From the NCBI GenBank assembly GCA_964234715.1, contig OZ174279.1: a DNA stretch of 64,000 nucleotides; one strand, given 5' to 3'. Source of the DNA: Podarcis melisellensis (Eukaryota). A model generated the notes under the pieces. It made no database searches. It saw only the letters and a program-made list of their open reading frames with translations, and had not been told where the DNA came from. Shown one piece after another: positions 13,997 to 26,810 of this stretch (the stretch's first letter is position 1; each line of letters begins with the position of its first letter). A program made the translations under genes and the position numbers.

Positions 13997-16900
13997 TAAT
14001 GGGAAGAGTTTGGAGAGTGATGCATTTGCTTTTGGTCCTTGAATTTCCTTGCTCAGACTTTTAGCCAAAGATGACTATGGGATGAAAGAACAAAGAATGG
14101 AATGTTGCTTATATGTGTGTGCTTACATTCAAATTTGTGTATGTTTAAATTGTCATATGCTGCCTTGTACTGATTATCAGAGCGGACCTTTTGCTTCTAC
14201 CGCAGTCTGATGATAAATCTTTTTAAAGTGAGGGGCCAAAACAAATGATTAAATATTATTGTTGTCAATAAGCAAGATACCAGCTGCTTTTCATCACCCA
14301 TATGGCAAAACTGAGTAGTATCTTTGTGCTTTAATAAAAGAAATGTCAACATGTGACTTACTTATACTCTAATTTCAGGCTATTGACAAGCAAGTTGACT
14401 TACTTTCTTAAAACACTGGCACAGCCTTTCAGATATTTTAATATATGTATGCAGAGTTGTTTCTTATAGGATCAACACTGTAGAAACTTACAGAAATACG
14501 CAGAGCTTGATATAATGTACTTTTCCTATGCACAGAGTCTTCATGTAAAAAACAACACTATAATTCTGCAGTGTCTGAAATGAAGTGTATTTTCCCTACC
14601 ATGATGATACAGATTTGGCAGCTGCTGCATGATCTGCATTCTTATGGCACAAATACCACCTGCACTGTATTTTAGACATTGCATACAAGTGTGTTAACTT
14701 ACATGAAATGAGTGTCTCTATGTGTGAGAAAAGCATTCCTAAAGGTGAGGGGCACAGAGCACTTACACCGATTAAAGTGTGCTTACTTTATTGGAACAAC
14801 TTCTTTGTAACTGCTCTGTGAATCACTGCCCTTCTATAGAATTCAATCCCCTTAGAATTCCTGGTATTTGGTGCTGTGAAACTAATTAAAGAGTAATACA
14901 GCTATTTTGAATATTAAGCCTATTTTTATGCACTCCTAAAGGTAAATTGTAATTTTTGCACATTTGGATATTAATGGACCACCAATAAATAAGGGTGTCG
15001 TGGGGTTTTTTAAGTAGGGAGAAGGGAAACTGGACTACTAAATAAATCTTTTACAGGTTTAACTAAAAGTATTTTATATTAAGCTTCGCAGAAATTAAAA
15101 GTTTAAAACTATTGTCTTAAGATTTTCCCTCTCCTGTATGCTCCTTTACCCCAAGTGTGGTATTAAATGGTTCCCATTTTATATTTGGGTTAGTAAAGTC
15201 TAAACAAACTTGTTTCATGCTGTTAACTGGTACTGAGTTGTTCAATCATGCAATTGTGGCCTGTAACTTTTGGTGCACTAAATTTATTAAAAGTGCCTGT
15301 GGGTTCTTCTTTCATGATGTGTTAAATGTTCGGGGGTTAATTGGATGCTGATTTTTGCTTTTGTGGTTTTGAACCTTATTTTGTGTAGTGTAGTTCACAA
15401 CATGTATAAAAAAATGATACGCTAGCATTGCCAGCGTACTGGTATCTATTAGCTGTGCATTGTGTTTTTTAAACTTTTCAGGGTTTCAGTGATGAAAATA
15501 ATGGGTTTAAGACACTGATGTTGGATATTTTGATCAGAATGAGCATGCACTATTTTGTAGTTAGATTGTGAAATTATTTGCTTTAATCAACAAAAGCCCC
15601 AAAGTTTCACATGATGCTGCTTAATGCAATTCAGTTTCCAGTTTGTAGTACTCTAGTTTTTTTAAACCTTGTGTGTGTGAGAGAGAGATGCTTGACAAAG
15701 CATGAAAAAAAGGGAAAAAGGTATTTCAGACATTTAAGTGAAAATGTCCACTACTTCAGTGAACATACAGTTGAGTTATGCCCCAGCGGTGCAGATAAGC
15801 AACCTGTTTGAAATTAAGGGTTCTGGAGTGAAGTTGTGTGGGATTCTACTTCAGCCAACAGGCATGTTGCCTGCTCTCCTTCTTCCTTGCCATTTAGTAA
15901 GATGTGACAGAAGTGGATTATGCCCTGTGTGCCACCCCAATTCATTGTGGACTCTGGATGTTCACCACGTACTCAAACAGGGTTTAATTTGCTGCTGACT
16001 TTCAGTTGCCCCAACCCGCAAGCCTCGTTGGAAGAAGATAGCTGCTCATGGCCCAGTAGAGTTTATTTAGCTTCGCAGGCAATAGCACCAGATGACCTTT
16101 TTCAAATACTAACTAGACCAGGGGTTCCCAACCTGCGGCCCATGGGCCGGAAGCGGCCCACAGAGGCCATTTAACCAGCCCACAAGCCGCCCATGAACCG
16201 ACTTGCCAGCTCGAGTTCCCACGCGCTGCGCTAAACTGGCGCAGCGTGGGGACTCTCTTCTGCTGCTCTGGAAATTGCTTCTGCGCATGCCCAGACGCCA
16301 AAAATCACTTCTGCACAGGTGTGATTTTGGGCATCTGCAGAAGCGATTTCCGGCATCACGCTGCGCTAGCCCAGCCCATGGAGGATCTCCACGGGAGTGA
16401 TCTGGCCCATGCCCAGTAAGCCTTGATGACCCCTGAACTAGACTGTATAGACTGTCACAACAACCTGTTTAAAAGTATACCCCCCAAAAAGCCCTAGTCA
16501 GTGCTCTCAAAACGTGGCAGTGACAAAATTCCCTAAAGCCAGCAGACTGTGGGTCATGTAGTCTTTTCCATTTTAATTCATTTCTTGTTCCAGAGAAATT
16601 TTCTTTCAGTTCCAAGGTGACCTGCAATTATTGGCTTTCTTTGTGCCATACATAAAGAAAATGCAAGTGGAGAGTAACACTTGCAGCCGTACTACATAAG
16701 TATGTATTCACATGGAAGCCCTACTTTCAGCTTGCCCAAGGCTCTTAATGTCGTGATCTGTACTAGTTTGCACCTTGAGACTTTAAACTTCTGCAACTTG
16801 CTCATTCCATCCTTTCATCTGGTCTTCGGCATATAAGCTTTCTGCCTGCAGCTAAGTGGCCTCCAGCTTTAAATTAATTTGCCTTAGAGATGCCTTCCCC

Positions 16901-18025
16901 CACAAAACTTGATTTAAGCCTATATGTCTATGCAGTTCTTTGTGTGATCCCCACCCCACCCCACTGGAATTTACATGGTGGGGGAGCACATTCTGCACTA
17001 CATACAGTATCACATAGCAAGAGGTACAAGCAGTTACACCATTGGTGCAGACAATCTTGCATTTTTCTGATTCCATTGTGTCTTCTCATTTTTTGTTCCT
17101 TATATTTTTGTGTAAATTTATATCATTGCACACATCCACCTAGAAGTGCAACTAATTTTGCCTGTCAGTATCTAGTTACTTTGTGATCATGGTAAATCCA
17201 CTAGTTTAGGCTTCCTTTCAAGGTTACACTCCCCTTTCCACTTTTTCAGCACACTGATTTTATTTATTGAAAGGTACATAGGTGAAATTGCAACATGTTA
17301 ATAAAAAACCCCAAACTTTCAGTTTTGAGGGGAAATCGCCTGTGTACGAAAGCTTGTAAACATTATTTGGATTTGTTGAGACTAAAAATTGAAAAGAGAA
17401 AAGATTTGTTAGTACTGACAAATGCCTACAGCTATAGTAGTAGCAATGCCAAACTGCGGTGGTCTTGTTTCTAATGAGTATAGCAGCACCTTTACATTTA
17501 TTAACCATAAGCTAAACACAAGCAGTGTTTGTAAATTACATTATTTGCCTTTTCAGTTACATGTGAACTGGTAAGTTGACTGTTAAGATTAGTTTAGTAG
17601 CATACATTTTAACTTGTAACAAACTTAGCCAATAGATATTTGAAACCTTATTTTTCACAAATATGTACATTGTGGGAGAAACTGAATTGGAATGTTTGTA
17701 TTGGCATACTTTGTTGTAGTTTTAGATTTCCTGGTTCTGGTACAGTTTTCACACTGCATGTTCATTTTATTCTGTTTTGATATTGCCAGTTTTAGATACT
17801 GAATTTGAAAGGAAGCAGCATTCTTATTGGGATTCTTTTAAAATTTAACTGCTTAAGATAGTTCAGTGCAGGAAAATATTGTGGTTGCTAAATTGTTAGG
17901 GTCTCTTATTTATCAGTACCTTTTTTTATAAAGTGGATGAAAATTGTTAAATTATTTTAGAACCTGTGGTGTTTTCTGTAAATGTCACACTTATTAATAA
18001 ATTGACTTCAGTAATGAAATACAAC
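13997..18025 (+). other. PLEKHA1: Probable long PLEKHA1 3' UTR with several candidate poly(A) signals
   Basis: AU-rich, largely repeat-poor; AATAAA at 14333, 14984, 15042, 17300 and 17996. The true 3' end cannot be fixed from sequence alone. Confidence 0.45.
16119..16435. mobile_element. Non-autonomous hAT (Charlie-like) element
   Basis: TIR CAGGGGT...ACCCCTG; perfect 8-bp TSD AACTAGAC at 16111-16118 and 16436-16443. Confidence 0.92.
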
Positions 18026-18547
18026 AATCCTATCAGACTACTATATTTAGTGCACTTCAAAAGAAAAAGGTTAATGGTGAGTGAAACTGTTTGCATACTA
18101 TCTGTTGTTCTTCCCTGTTTAATTCACAGAAAACTAAGTGACAAGTTTTTTAAAAAAATAAAGAAAAGCCGACCTGTGAAAACTTTATTCTGTGTAGTAT
18201 AACAATCCTTTGGTTCCCATCATTTTTAAAAATAGTGGTCTCGCATCTCATACAGATATGGTGTGAAGAGTTATTGCAAAAGGCCTTTTTTGTAATTGTC
18301 AGTTGCTTGTAGAATTTAGGGTGGTATCCAACTAAACACTTCCACTAGCACAATGGAATTGTCCCTAGTATGACCCCAAAATCTGTTATGGGCATGCAGG
18401 GGTCACACAGGGAGAGGAGTAGGAAACCTCTATTGTGCAGCTAAAACTCCTTGCGATGGCAGAACTGTTTAGTTTGGGTATCATCTCGGGTCCAAATGAC
18501 CTCACATGCATACCTTTAGTTATATTGGTTTGCTTCAGCAGTTAAGC

Positions 18548-18683
18548 CAGGTATAGGCAAACTCGGCCCTTCAAATGTTTTGGGACTATAACTCCCATGA
18601 TCCTCAGCTAACAGGACCAGTGGTCAGGGATGATGGGAATTGTAGTTCCAAAACATCTGGAGGGCCAAGTTTGCCTATGCCTG
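18548..18683. mobile_element. 136-bp palindromic hAT-type MITE
   Basis: Long imperfect inverted arms (CAGGTATAGGCAAACTCGGCCC.../...GGGCCAAGTTTGCCTATGCCTG); perfect 8-bp TSD AGTTAAGC. Related copies near 6130-6260, 35975-36095, 49589-49777, 50408-50535 and 51625-51750. Confidence 0.92.
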
Positions 18684-20079
18684 AGTTAAGCTTTACAGCC
18701 CGGTAACAGTTTAGGTTGATCTATTTATTTTAGCATAATAGCAATGTTATAAGCAGCTGCTTATGCATCATTTCCCCCTCTGATAGTGAACCTAAGTGAG
18801 AAGTACTTGGTTGCTTTGGAAGCGAATGGGGGCTACTCAAAAAATGACAGTGACTGCTCCATACACGGAGGACACCCTAGCCATGTACAAGATCTTCAGC
18901 TGGTGAATGAAGAGTGTTGTTTTAAAACAACAAAACTGCCTAATGGGAATCTCTTGCATTTACAGAACTGGATGGCCATTGAGCCTAGGAAGGTAGGCGG
19001 AAGGCTCCTAAAGCAGGAGATGAATATTCTTTTCTGTAGTGGACTGTATTCTTTCAAGGTTGATTGCTGAGAGTTGCACGATGGCAGTTAACAGTGCCAA
19101 AACCACCAGTGGGTGGGGTACTCTCTCCCTCAAATCAATATTATTTTAATTATATTCTCTTGCTATGTGTGGACAGCAAAGAAGAACAAAGGCATTTGTT
19201 CTTGTTTGTTTCTTAGGGGGGAATGATTGCTTTTCCTTCTCTCAGAAATTTGGGACTCCCTTGAAAACTAGTGGTTACGGCAATACGTAGTGTGGCCTCC
19301 CAGCCAGTGCCATGTATCAAACATAACCTTTTACAGTAAGCCTGCAACTTAATTTAACTTGTGTGTGTTCAGCTTTACATACTTGCCCCCCCTTTTTTAC
19401 AAATTAGAAAGGGAGTAGATAGTGGGGCGGGGCAGGGGGTGGGTAGGAAGTCTTTGCCAGCCCAATGTGTGCCTAATGTGTTTTGACTACATGCCACTTT
19501 AGCCCTGTAACATAAACCTGTTGATGGCTTACTGTACTGCATAAATGCTTTTCAAAATTGAAGCAAGGCAAATATATATGGATTATTTAATTTCTATACA
19601 GCATATATTTAAAATGTCTCAAGCAGTGTACAAAAAATAAAGCAACAATAGACAAAATACTAAAAAGTACAGTTACATATAAAAATGTCACATTAATACA
19701 AAGTTGCTAATATATATAAAAGTATCTTGTAATGAAATGTTGACATAACTGAACCCCAACACGTTGTATGGTGCTGAAGAGAATCAACAAAAAACAATTG
19801 TGATTTACTGTACGGGATTTTACATTTCAGAACTACTAACAAATTGCTTTATTTAGCCATTTAACAATACCAGTTAAATAAGGTATTGGAAAGACATACA
19901 GTTTTAACTTCTGATTTGAACAATACTGTAGGACTTAAAAAAAAAATTAGAGTCCTACAGTATTTTACAGAGACTCTAAAGCTCAGTTTCACAGAATCTG
20001 TGTTGACTATGAATGCCAGACATAAAATTTGAAACCAGTCGTACCGTTTTGTTAATGCTCCCCGGTCCATCTTTCTCCT

Positions 20080-20860
20080 TAATCATTTTCTTGTGCTTTT
20101 TCTGACCCCTTTTCACCTCTACAATATACTTTCTATCGTGAAGCAAATGTGACTGCACCATAGATTTATATAACATTATATCAGCAGTTTTATTATCCAT
20201 TCCTTTTTAATGATTGCCTTTTTCAGTCATCAAGCTATCCACTACAACCCCAAAGTCAGTTCCCACCTGCTCAGCTCCCATGTATATGTGAAATTAAAAT
20301 TTTTTGCACCAATATCCATAAAATTCCATTTACCGTCTTAAACCTTCAGTTTGAAGAGCTCCTTTTGGAAATATTCGCAATCTTTTGTTTTATCCACAAT
20401 TTAGTACCATCAGCAAACCTGGCCACCTCATGGCTCACCCCTAATTTATAGGGTTGCCATAAAATTCCTGACCTCTGCAAAATTGTTGAGTGCTTTTTTT
20501 TTTAAAGGAAACCACCAAAATAGTGATTTTAAGATTATGGAGCTGTTTCCGCTGCTTTTTCCATATCATTGCCATGCACCCGGGTTTCCCCTGACATTTA
20601 CAGGTACGCAGTTTTGGCAAAATTCCCCCTTGGTGCAATTTCTACACCTCAAAACCAGGACATGTCAGGTATTTTCCTGACGTATGGCAAGCCCATCACT
20701 TAGGAGCAACTTGAAACCCCCAGTTCCCGATCCCATCCTTGGGAGACTCCGGCTTTCCCCATTTTTCCATCCACAGAACTGTCCATTTATGCTACTTCCT
20801 GCTGATTAACCAATTTCTGTTCCGCCCGAGGACCTCTCCTCTTATTCCCTGACTGCCGAG
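20080..20860 (-). mobile_element. Old CR1 LINE fragments, interrupted by a TAGGGTTGCCA-type MITE (~20449-20695)
   Basis: Minus-strand translation LYKSMVQSHL...IVEVKRGQKKHKKMIK resembles the CR1 ORF2 motif LYKSMVRPHLEYC...LEKVQKRATKMIK; degenerate. Confidence 0.55.
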
Positions 20861-20919
20861 CTGAGCTCACTCACACCTTCCCACACGCAAACTCTTTGAA
20901 TGGAAATACCCATTAACTT

Positions 20920-22150
20920 TGGGGAGGGGGGCGGCGGCCTCCTCACATACATTATTGTGTTGGCTCCTACGGAGAATGCCCCTGTTTCCACTCAGGAGTC
21001 TTGGCTGAGGTTGACAGAAAGCGCGGGCAGCGCGTAGCTCCGCCCCGCCGGCATTAAGCGCTCGCAGCTCAGCGAGCTTAGAATAACTTTCCCGGCCCAG
21101 GCTCGCCGCCGCCGCCTCCGGCTTGGTGGAAATGGGCTTTGGCGGGTGTCAGCTTTACGGCTTGCCGCGGCTCCCTGCCCCACTTGGCGCGGCGGCGGCG
21201 GCGGCGCGTTGCCTTTCCTGCCCCGGCGGTTGTGTAACCCCGCCACGTCCCCTCCCAGGCGGCGGCGGCGCGGCCAACCGACGGGCCGCTCTCCACGCGC
21301 ACGGCATCTTCTCTGCCTTCCCTCCCCAGGCGCTCCGTTTAAAAGCGGCTCTCCCCGCCGCCGTTTCCATCTGCGCGCCTCGGCGAGCCAGGCGGCCAAG
21401 CGCTCTGCTGCAAACCCTTCTGCCTCGCGCGCCTTCCTCGCGCTCCAGACGCGGCGCCTTTCTCCACCCGCTTCCCGCCTTTTCTGAGAGAGAAAGCGCG
21501 CCAAAGCGATGAGGGGAGCCCTGTGGCCTCTGGCGCTGAGCTTCTTCTGCCTGCTGCCGCCGCCCGGCTGCCGGGCTCAGCTGTACGGGCGGCGCTTCGA
21601 GGAGCGGCCTTGCCCCGAGCGCTGCGAGCGCGCGCGCTGCCCGGAGCTGCCGCCCGAGTGCGCGGGCAGCGGCGAGTCTCTGGACCCGTGCGGCTGCTGC
21701 CCGGTTTGCGCCGCGCAGGAAGGCGAGCCGTGCGGGGGCCCTCCGGCCGGGGAGCCGTCGTGCGCCGAGGGGCTGCTGTGCGTGGTGTCGCCCGGCGGGC
21801 CCGGCGTGGCGGCCTCGGCCACCGTGCGCCGGCGGGCCAAGGGCGGCCGCTGCGTGTGCGCCAGCAGCGAGCCCGTGTGCGGCAACGACGGAAGGAGCTA
21901 CGGCAACGTGTGCCAGCTGCGGGCGGCCAGCCGCCTCTCCGAGGGCCAGCGCCAGCCGGCCGTCATCGCCATCCAGCGGGGCGCCTGCGGGCAGGGTAAG
22001 CCTCCCGCGGGGGGAAAGGGCTCGGAGCGGGGATGGCGCAGTAGGAGAACCCCTCGGGCGCGCGTCCCACGCTGGGCGCATTTGTTTTTCTGGGCGCTCT
22101 GCATATGGTCAGGAGCGCTTCCAAAACAGAACCCGACGGCTTCCCAAGGA
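20920..22150. promoter_or_regulatory. HTRA1: CpG island / HTRA1 promoter and exon 1
   Basis: Abrupt rise in GC and CpG versus AT-rich flanks; GC-box-like GGGGAGGGGGGCGG at ~20921, (GGC)n runs at ~21191-21205 and ~21258-21269, TATA-like TTTAAAAG at 21338-21345, no ATG between it and the start at 21509. Confidence 0.9.
21509..21995 (+). CDS. HTRA1: HTRA1 exon 1: signal peptide, IGFBP and Kazal domains
   Basis: [16 protein letters not shown]...[10 protein letters not shown]...SATVRRRA...[28 protein letters not shown]...IQRGACGQ(G); donor G|gtaagc; 487 nt, phase 1. Confidence 0.97.
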
Positions 22151-25100
22151 TCAGGTCTTGTACTGAAATGGGAAAACAGGGCCAATTCAGATCTATTAAT
22201 AAGGCAATCAAATGAAGGTTGGAGCCAACTCCTAGCGGCCCTTCGGCCCCCCAATAAAATATTTGAGAGGCCTCCCCCCAAGTTTAGTATTGCCATTCAA
22301 ATGGTGGGTGCAGGAAGAATGGACAAAATTTAACTTAGCTAAATTCGTTAAGTTAAACTAATTGGAAATAGCTTGCAGGCAATAGATTGGCTTAGGAATT
22401 TATATATTTAACATGTACAGTTTCGAACTGAAAAGCTACAAGGATGTTAATGGACTAAGTTAAGTTTATAAAAATTACAATTTGGAAAGCTGTTATAAGG
22501 ATATGCATGGAAATTCAACCAAGGGGAAGCGTGGAAGTCACTTAACAATGTCAATAAGTGTAATTTTAATAGGGTTATGATTTATGTTTGTTTGTGTGTG
22601 TGTTTTGTTTGTGTATAATTTTGTGAAACTTAATAAAAAATTTTTGGGAAAAAACAAAAACAAATGGTGGGTGCGCACCGTGTTATGTGCTCAATTATGT
22701 GGGGCGGGGCTTACCAGCCCCCACCCCATTATTTTATTCAAGTTGGCACCCCTGCAGAAACGTATGAACATAAAATAAAGAAGAAAATACCGAAGAGCTC
22801 CAGCAGGCTTTCCCCCTTTCGTTAGCTTTGTTCCTTTAAAAATCAATCAAGCCATCAAAACCTCAGTTGGTTTCCTGCTCAGTATTGAGGGTGTCTGTGT
22901 GTGTGGGGGGGTGTGCTTCTTGGGCTACAGTTCTCCAGCGTCAGCATTCACCTGTCTTGTGTCCTATTTCTGGCCTCTAATGGTGGTAGCACAATAGAGA
23001 GAGCTCTAAAGTAGAACCATGGGGATTACTGATATGCAGATGACTCAGAAACCAAATTCCCTGGTCAACACCTTGGAGAGTTCACATTATTCTCTCCCTC
23101 TTCTCCCCGCCCATGTGAACAATAGTTATGAGCCCTAACACTGTCACTGGAGAGGAGAAAGTGTGCTCGGAGAGACCTTTGCATATGGGTCAATGCGGTC
23201 TGATTTAGGAGACGGGGAGAAGTAGTTTGTGCTTGTGGGAAGAGGACAGGGGTAGGACTGGGTAGAAAGGTCATGAACTGGAAACAGAGGCAGGGGAAAC
23301 ATCTCGGCTTGATGCTGAACAAAGAGAAGTGAGTGAGATGAACCTGGAAAAGCCCATTTTTGGGTAGGCACACTGAGAAGTGATCTGATGGGGATGGAGG
23401 GTTTGTTTTTGTCCATTGTTTTGCTGGATTCTAGAGTGAGGGTGGGGAGTGTGAAAGAAGCCAATGTTGCTCTAGATTTTTGTTGCTTTTTAAAAAAAAG
23501 TAAATGATCAGTAATATAGATTTGATTCTTCTCATTTAAAAAAAAGTACAATGGCTACCTATAAGCATATCCTCTAATTCTATTTTACAGTGGCCTGCTA
23601 TGAAATGTACTAAATATAATGTTATGAAGCAGTTGAGCAAGACAGCATAGGGTGGGTCAGACTGTCTGTGATGGTGTTACATCCATTGATCATAGTCCCT
23701 TGAATATTTAGAGCACAATCCTATAGATTCAGATGTCAGCCTGTTGCAGCCTTCATCGTGGATAATGTCTCCATATCTCAAGGAGCTAGTTTTCTGTTAC
23801 TTACACTTGAAATCTTACACTGTCTTTTGCTTGAGGGTCATTAAGAGCCAAATTACATAGCAGGTGAGTGCTTGCTTAACTCTTTCTGCTTTGGCCATTT
23901 CCCTGCCTTAACCTCCCCTCACCAACTGCTTTTCCCCTTGCAGGGCAAAATATACAAATATACAAATACTTATATGTTTCTTCTGTGGCCAGAAAACCAT
24001 GCAATGGTGAATGGAAAAGCAGCCAAGAAGAAAGGGTTAATCAGTCTCCTTTCCTCCATTCAAATTTCCACAATCTTCCAGTTACTTTTCATAAATATCT
24101 ATATTCATATTAAGAGACAGTTATGCATTTGCTGTGTAACATTTGGCTTGGCTTGACTCTAGCTAAATATTTTCGTTTGAAAGAATATTATTGAAAATCA
24201 ACAAGAATTATGCCTTGACTAATCTGCTACCTGCTGTCTGCTTAAGGCTGCACTCCCACACACATTTACCTGGGAATGAGTCCCACTGAATACACTAGGT
24301 TTTGCTTCTCAATCAACATAGGGTCTGTCTGTAAGGCTGCAGTCCTAGCACAGTTGGGAGTAAAGATCAGACTAGATGCGTGATAAATCTGTGGGCAAAA
24401 AAGGGTCTGCCATTGTTTCATTGTAGAGTGGTGTTGAGGTGGGGTGATTTAAAATGATCAAGTATGAGGGGAGAACTCAATCCTTCCCCCTGCTCACTAT
24501 CTAAAATGGTGTGTTTTTTAGCTGTTTTTCTCCCAGCAATAGAGGTTGGTTCATTAGGGCAAATGGGTCACTGCCCTACAAACATCTTGTCTCCCCTTCC
24601 TCAGCCCTCACTTGCTTGCCTTCTTATTTACAGTCAGTCAGGGTGTGGTTCTGCCTGTCTCAGGGTCTGGCTTCCTGCCTTCTGCTCCATCAGTCCCAAC
24701 GATTACTAACCAATTACTAACCACCACTGTCTCCCAGTGAGGCTCCATGAAGTGGATAAAATCCCTTTAAAAGTGTAAATGGAGGGGATACAAGGATTCA
24801 TCTCTGTCAGCCCTCCACCTGCACTTTAAATCATCTCCACCCAACCTGGTTTAAAGAGAATTAGCAGGACCTGAGATAAGTCCTACCACCACCCTGCCCA
24901 TTTGCATCCTAAGTTCTGTACAGCTCAATTTGTAGGTAAATTAGCCTTGAGGAATCTGGCTACATGCATGTTATACATTGATAGCTAGTAACTGTGGATC
25001 ATCTGGTAATACATGCAGTGAAAAGTTCATTGGGCTGGCGACAGAAGTTTTAAATCTGGGATTCTAGAACTAAGCTATGTGGTCTGGAATGCACATAGAC

Positions 25101-25992
25101 AACTTGAGTAACTTTGAAGTACCTCCATTTATAAGAATGTGACAGAAAGGTTATATAAACATCTGGCAGACATTGGGATAGAAGGTATGGGAGCAAACAC
25201 TTCATTCGAAAAAGAAAAGCCTGAAACCACATTTTATTGAAGTAGAATAAATAGCTGCTTTGATGTTGGGATATATCTGTTCTTTACACATTAAGCTTTA
25301 AGGAATCTATTTTCTTTCTAGAGTCCCCTTCCCCCAGTATATACAGAGACACACTTCAAGCAGCTGTTGAAGAAAATCAAAAGTGGTTGTTAGAACCTTT
25401 AACCATCCATCCATTTCTACATTGCAGTTTATCATGTTTACATACTGTTTTTTAAGTCCTTAGACTATTTTACACATTTCATATATGAAAATAATATGGG
25501 AACTTACTTTATATGAAACCATCCCCGACAACAAATGTAGCTGGAAGGCTTAATCTAAACTTCTGTGAAGAGCTTTACGACTAGGTGCCCTTGAGTCAAG
25601 TGACATCATGGAAAATATAATTAGATGTGCAAAGTAAGCAGCAACAGTGGGATGAATGGTTGCTGAATGGTTGCCATAAGCCTATGGACCACTTCTTGGC
25701 AATACTAAACCCCATCTCATCAGAATCTGCACATTATTTGTTAGTTTGATATGGTGCATTTTGTTCGAGGGTAGACAAAATAAAGTTCACAATGTCATTT
25801 TTATTAAAGTGTATAGAGTAATCAAGCTGATCAGTGCTGAGAACCAGCAGGGAGATCCAGCATGTTTTTTTGGTCAGGGGAGATTTGAGCCCAAATCCTG
25901 CTCAGCTAAACTTATGATTGAGCAGAGGTGCATATGATTCCACTTTCATGCAAGTTACTGTTATGTAGCCTAATCTACTTCACAAGACTGTT

Positions 25993-26118
25993 GCATGCAG
26001 AAGGTTGTAGGTTCAAGCCTTGGCTTCCCCAAACCCTGGAGAGCTGCTGCCAGGCAGTGTAGACAGTACTGGGCTAGAAGGACCCAAGGGTCTGGCACAG
26101 TATAAGTCAGCTTCCTGT
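25993..26118 (+). mobile_element. tRNA-derived squamate SINE (Squam3-like), degenerate
   Basis: gcatgcagaagg...ggttcaagcc B-box; ccctggagagctgctgcca...gtagacagtactgggctaga...cagcttcct body, as recalled for this family. Confidence 0.6.
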
Positions 26119-26248
26119 TTTGCAAAACTGTATTCTGTGTAGGAACAAAGAAGGCTTCACTGCAGTACTGTTTAAGTGATTAGGGTTCAGGATTAGGTTG
26201 TCTGATAACACAACTCTTTCATGCTCAGCTGGTATATAAATTTACATG

Positions 26249-26587
26249 TGTGGGTTAAACCACAGAGCCTAGGACTTGCCGATCAGAAGGTCGGCAGTTC
26301 GAATCCCCGCGACGGGGTGAGCTCCTGTTGCTCGGTCCCAGCTCCTGCCAACCTAGCAGTTCGAAAGCACGTTAGTGCAAGTAGATAAATAGGTACCGCT
26401 CTGGCAGGAAGGTAAACACCGTTTCCGTGTGCTGCTCTGGTTTGCCAGAAGCAGCTTAGTCATGCTGGCCACATGACCCAGAAGCTGTACGCCGGCTCCC
26501 TTGGCCAATAAAGCAAGATGAGCGCCGCAACCCCTGAGTCGGTCACGATTGGACCTAATGGTCAGGGGTCCCTTTACCTTTACTTTA
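26249..26587 (+). mobile_element. Sauria SINE (slightly 5' truncated)
   Basis: B-box GTTCGAATCC, body cctgccaacctagcagttcgaaagcac...gtcatgctggccacatgacc, tail cctttacctttacttta; closely similar to the copy at 33488. Confidence 0.92.
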
Positions 26588-26615
26588 TAGCCCTTTGAGT
26601 ATGGTGGGACTTTCT

Positions 26616-26810
26616 TAGAATCATAGAATTGTAGAGTTGGAAGGGACCACGTCGGTTATCTAGTCCAACCCCCTGCCATGCAGGAATTTTTTGCCCAAGG
26701 TGGGGCTCAAAACCATGACACTGAGATTAAGTGTCTCATGCTTAACCGACAGAGCTATGCTCTACTGACTGAGCTTTGCTATGTAAGCTTCAATAGAACT
26801 GAGCTATCCG
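26616..26810 (-). mobile_element. tRNA-Lys(CTT)-derived SINE with CR1-type 3' tail
   Basis: 26693-26757 is the reverse complement of a tRNA-Lys-like head; 26616-26690 is the reverse complement of a CR1-like tail (tagaatcatagaattgtagagttggaagggacc). Tail-only copies at ~10661-10720 and ~44543-44612. Confidence 0.82.

Noticed and set aside
20992-22296. Long overlapping ORFs (up to 308 aa) on both strands over the HTRA1 promoter and exon 1
   Set aside because: Ala/Arg/Pro/Gly-rich shadows expected from stop-codon scarcity in a CpG island; no recognisable domain.
21996-22333. Extension of the 274-aa ORF past HTRA1 exon 1
   Set aside because: A canonical GTAAG donor at 21996 in the phase required by exon 2; homology ends there.
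26693-26757. tRNA-Lys gene
   Set aside because: Multiple substitutions in stems and the T-loop, and fused to a CR1-type tail, so it is a SINE head.
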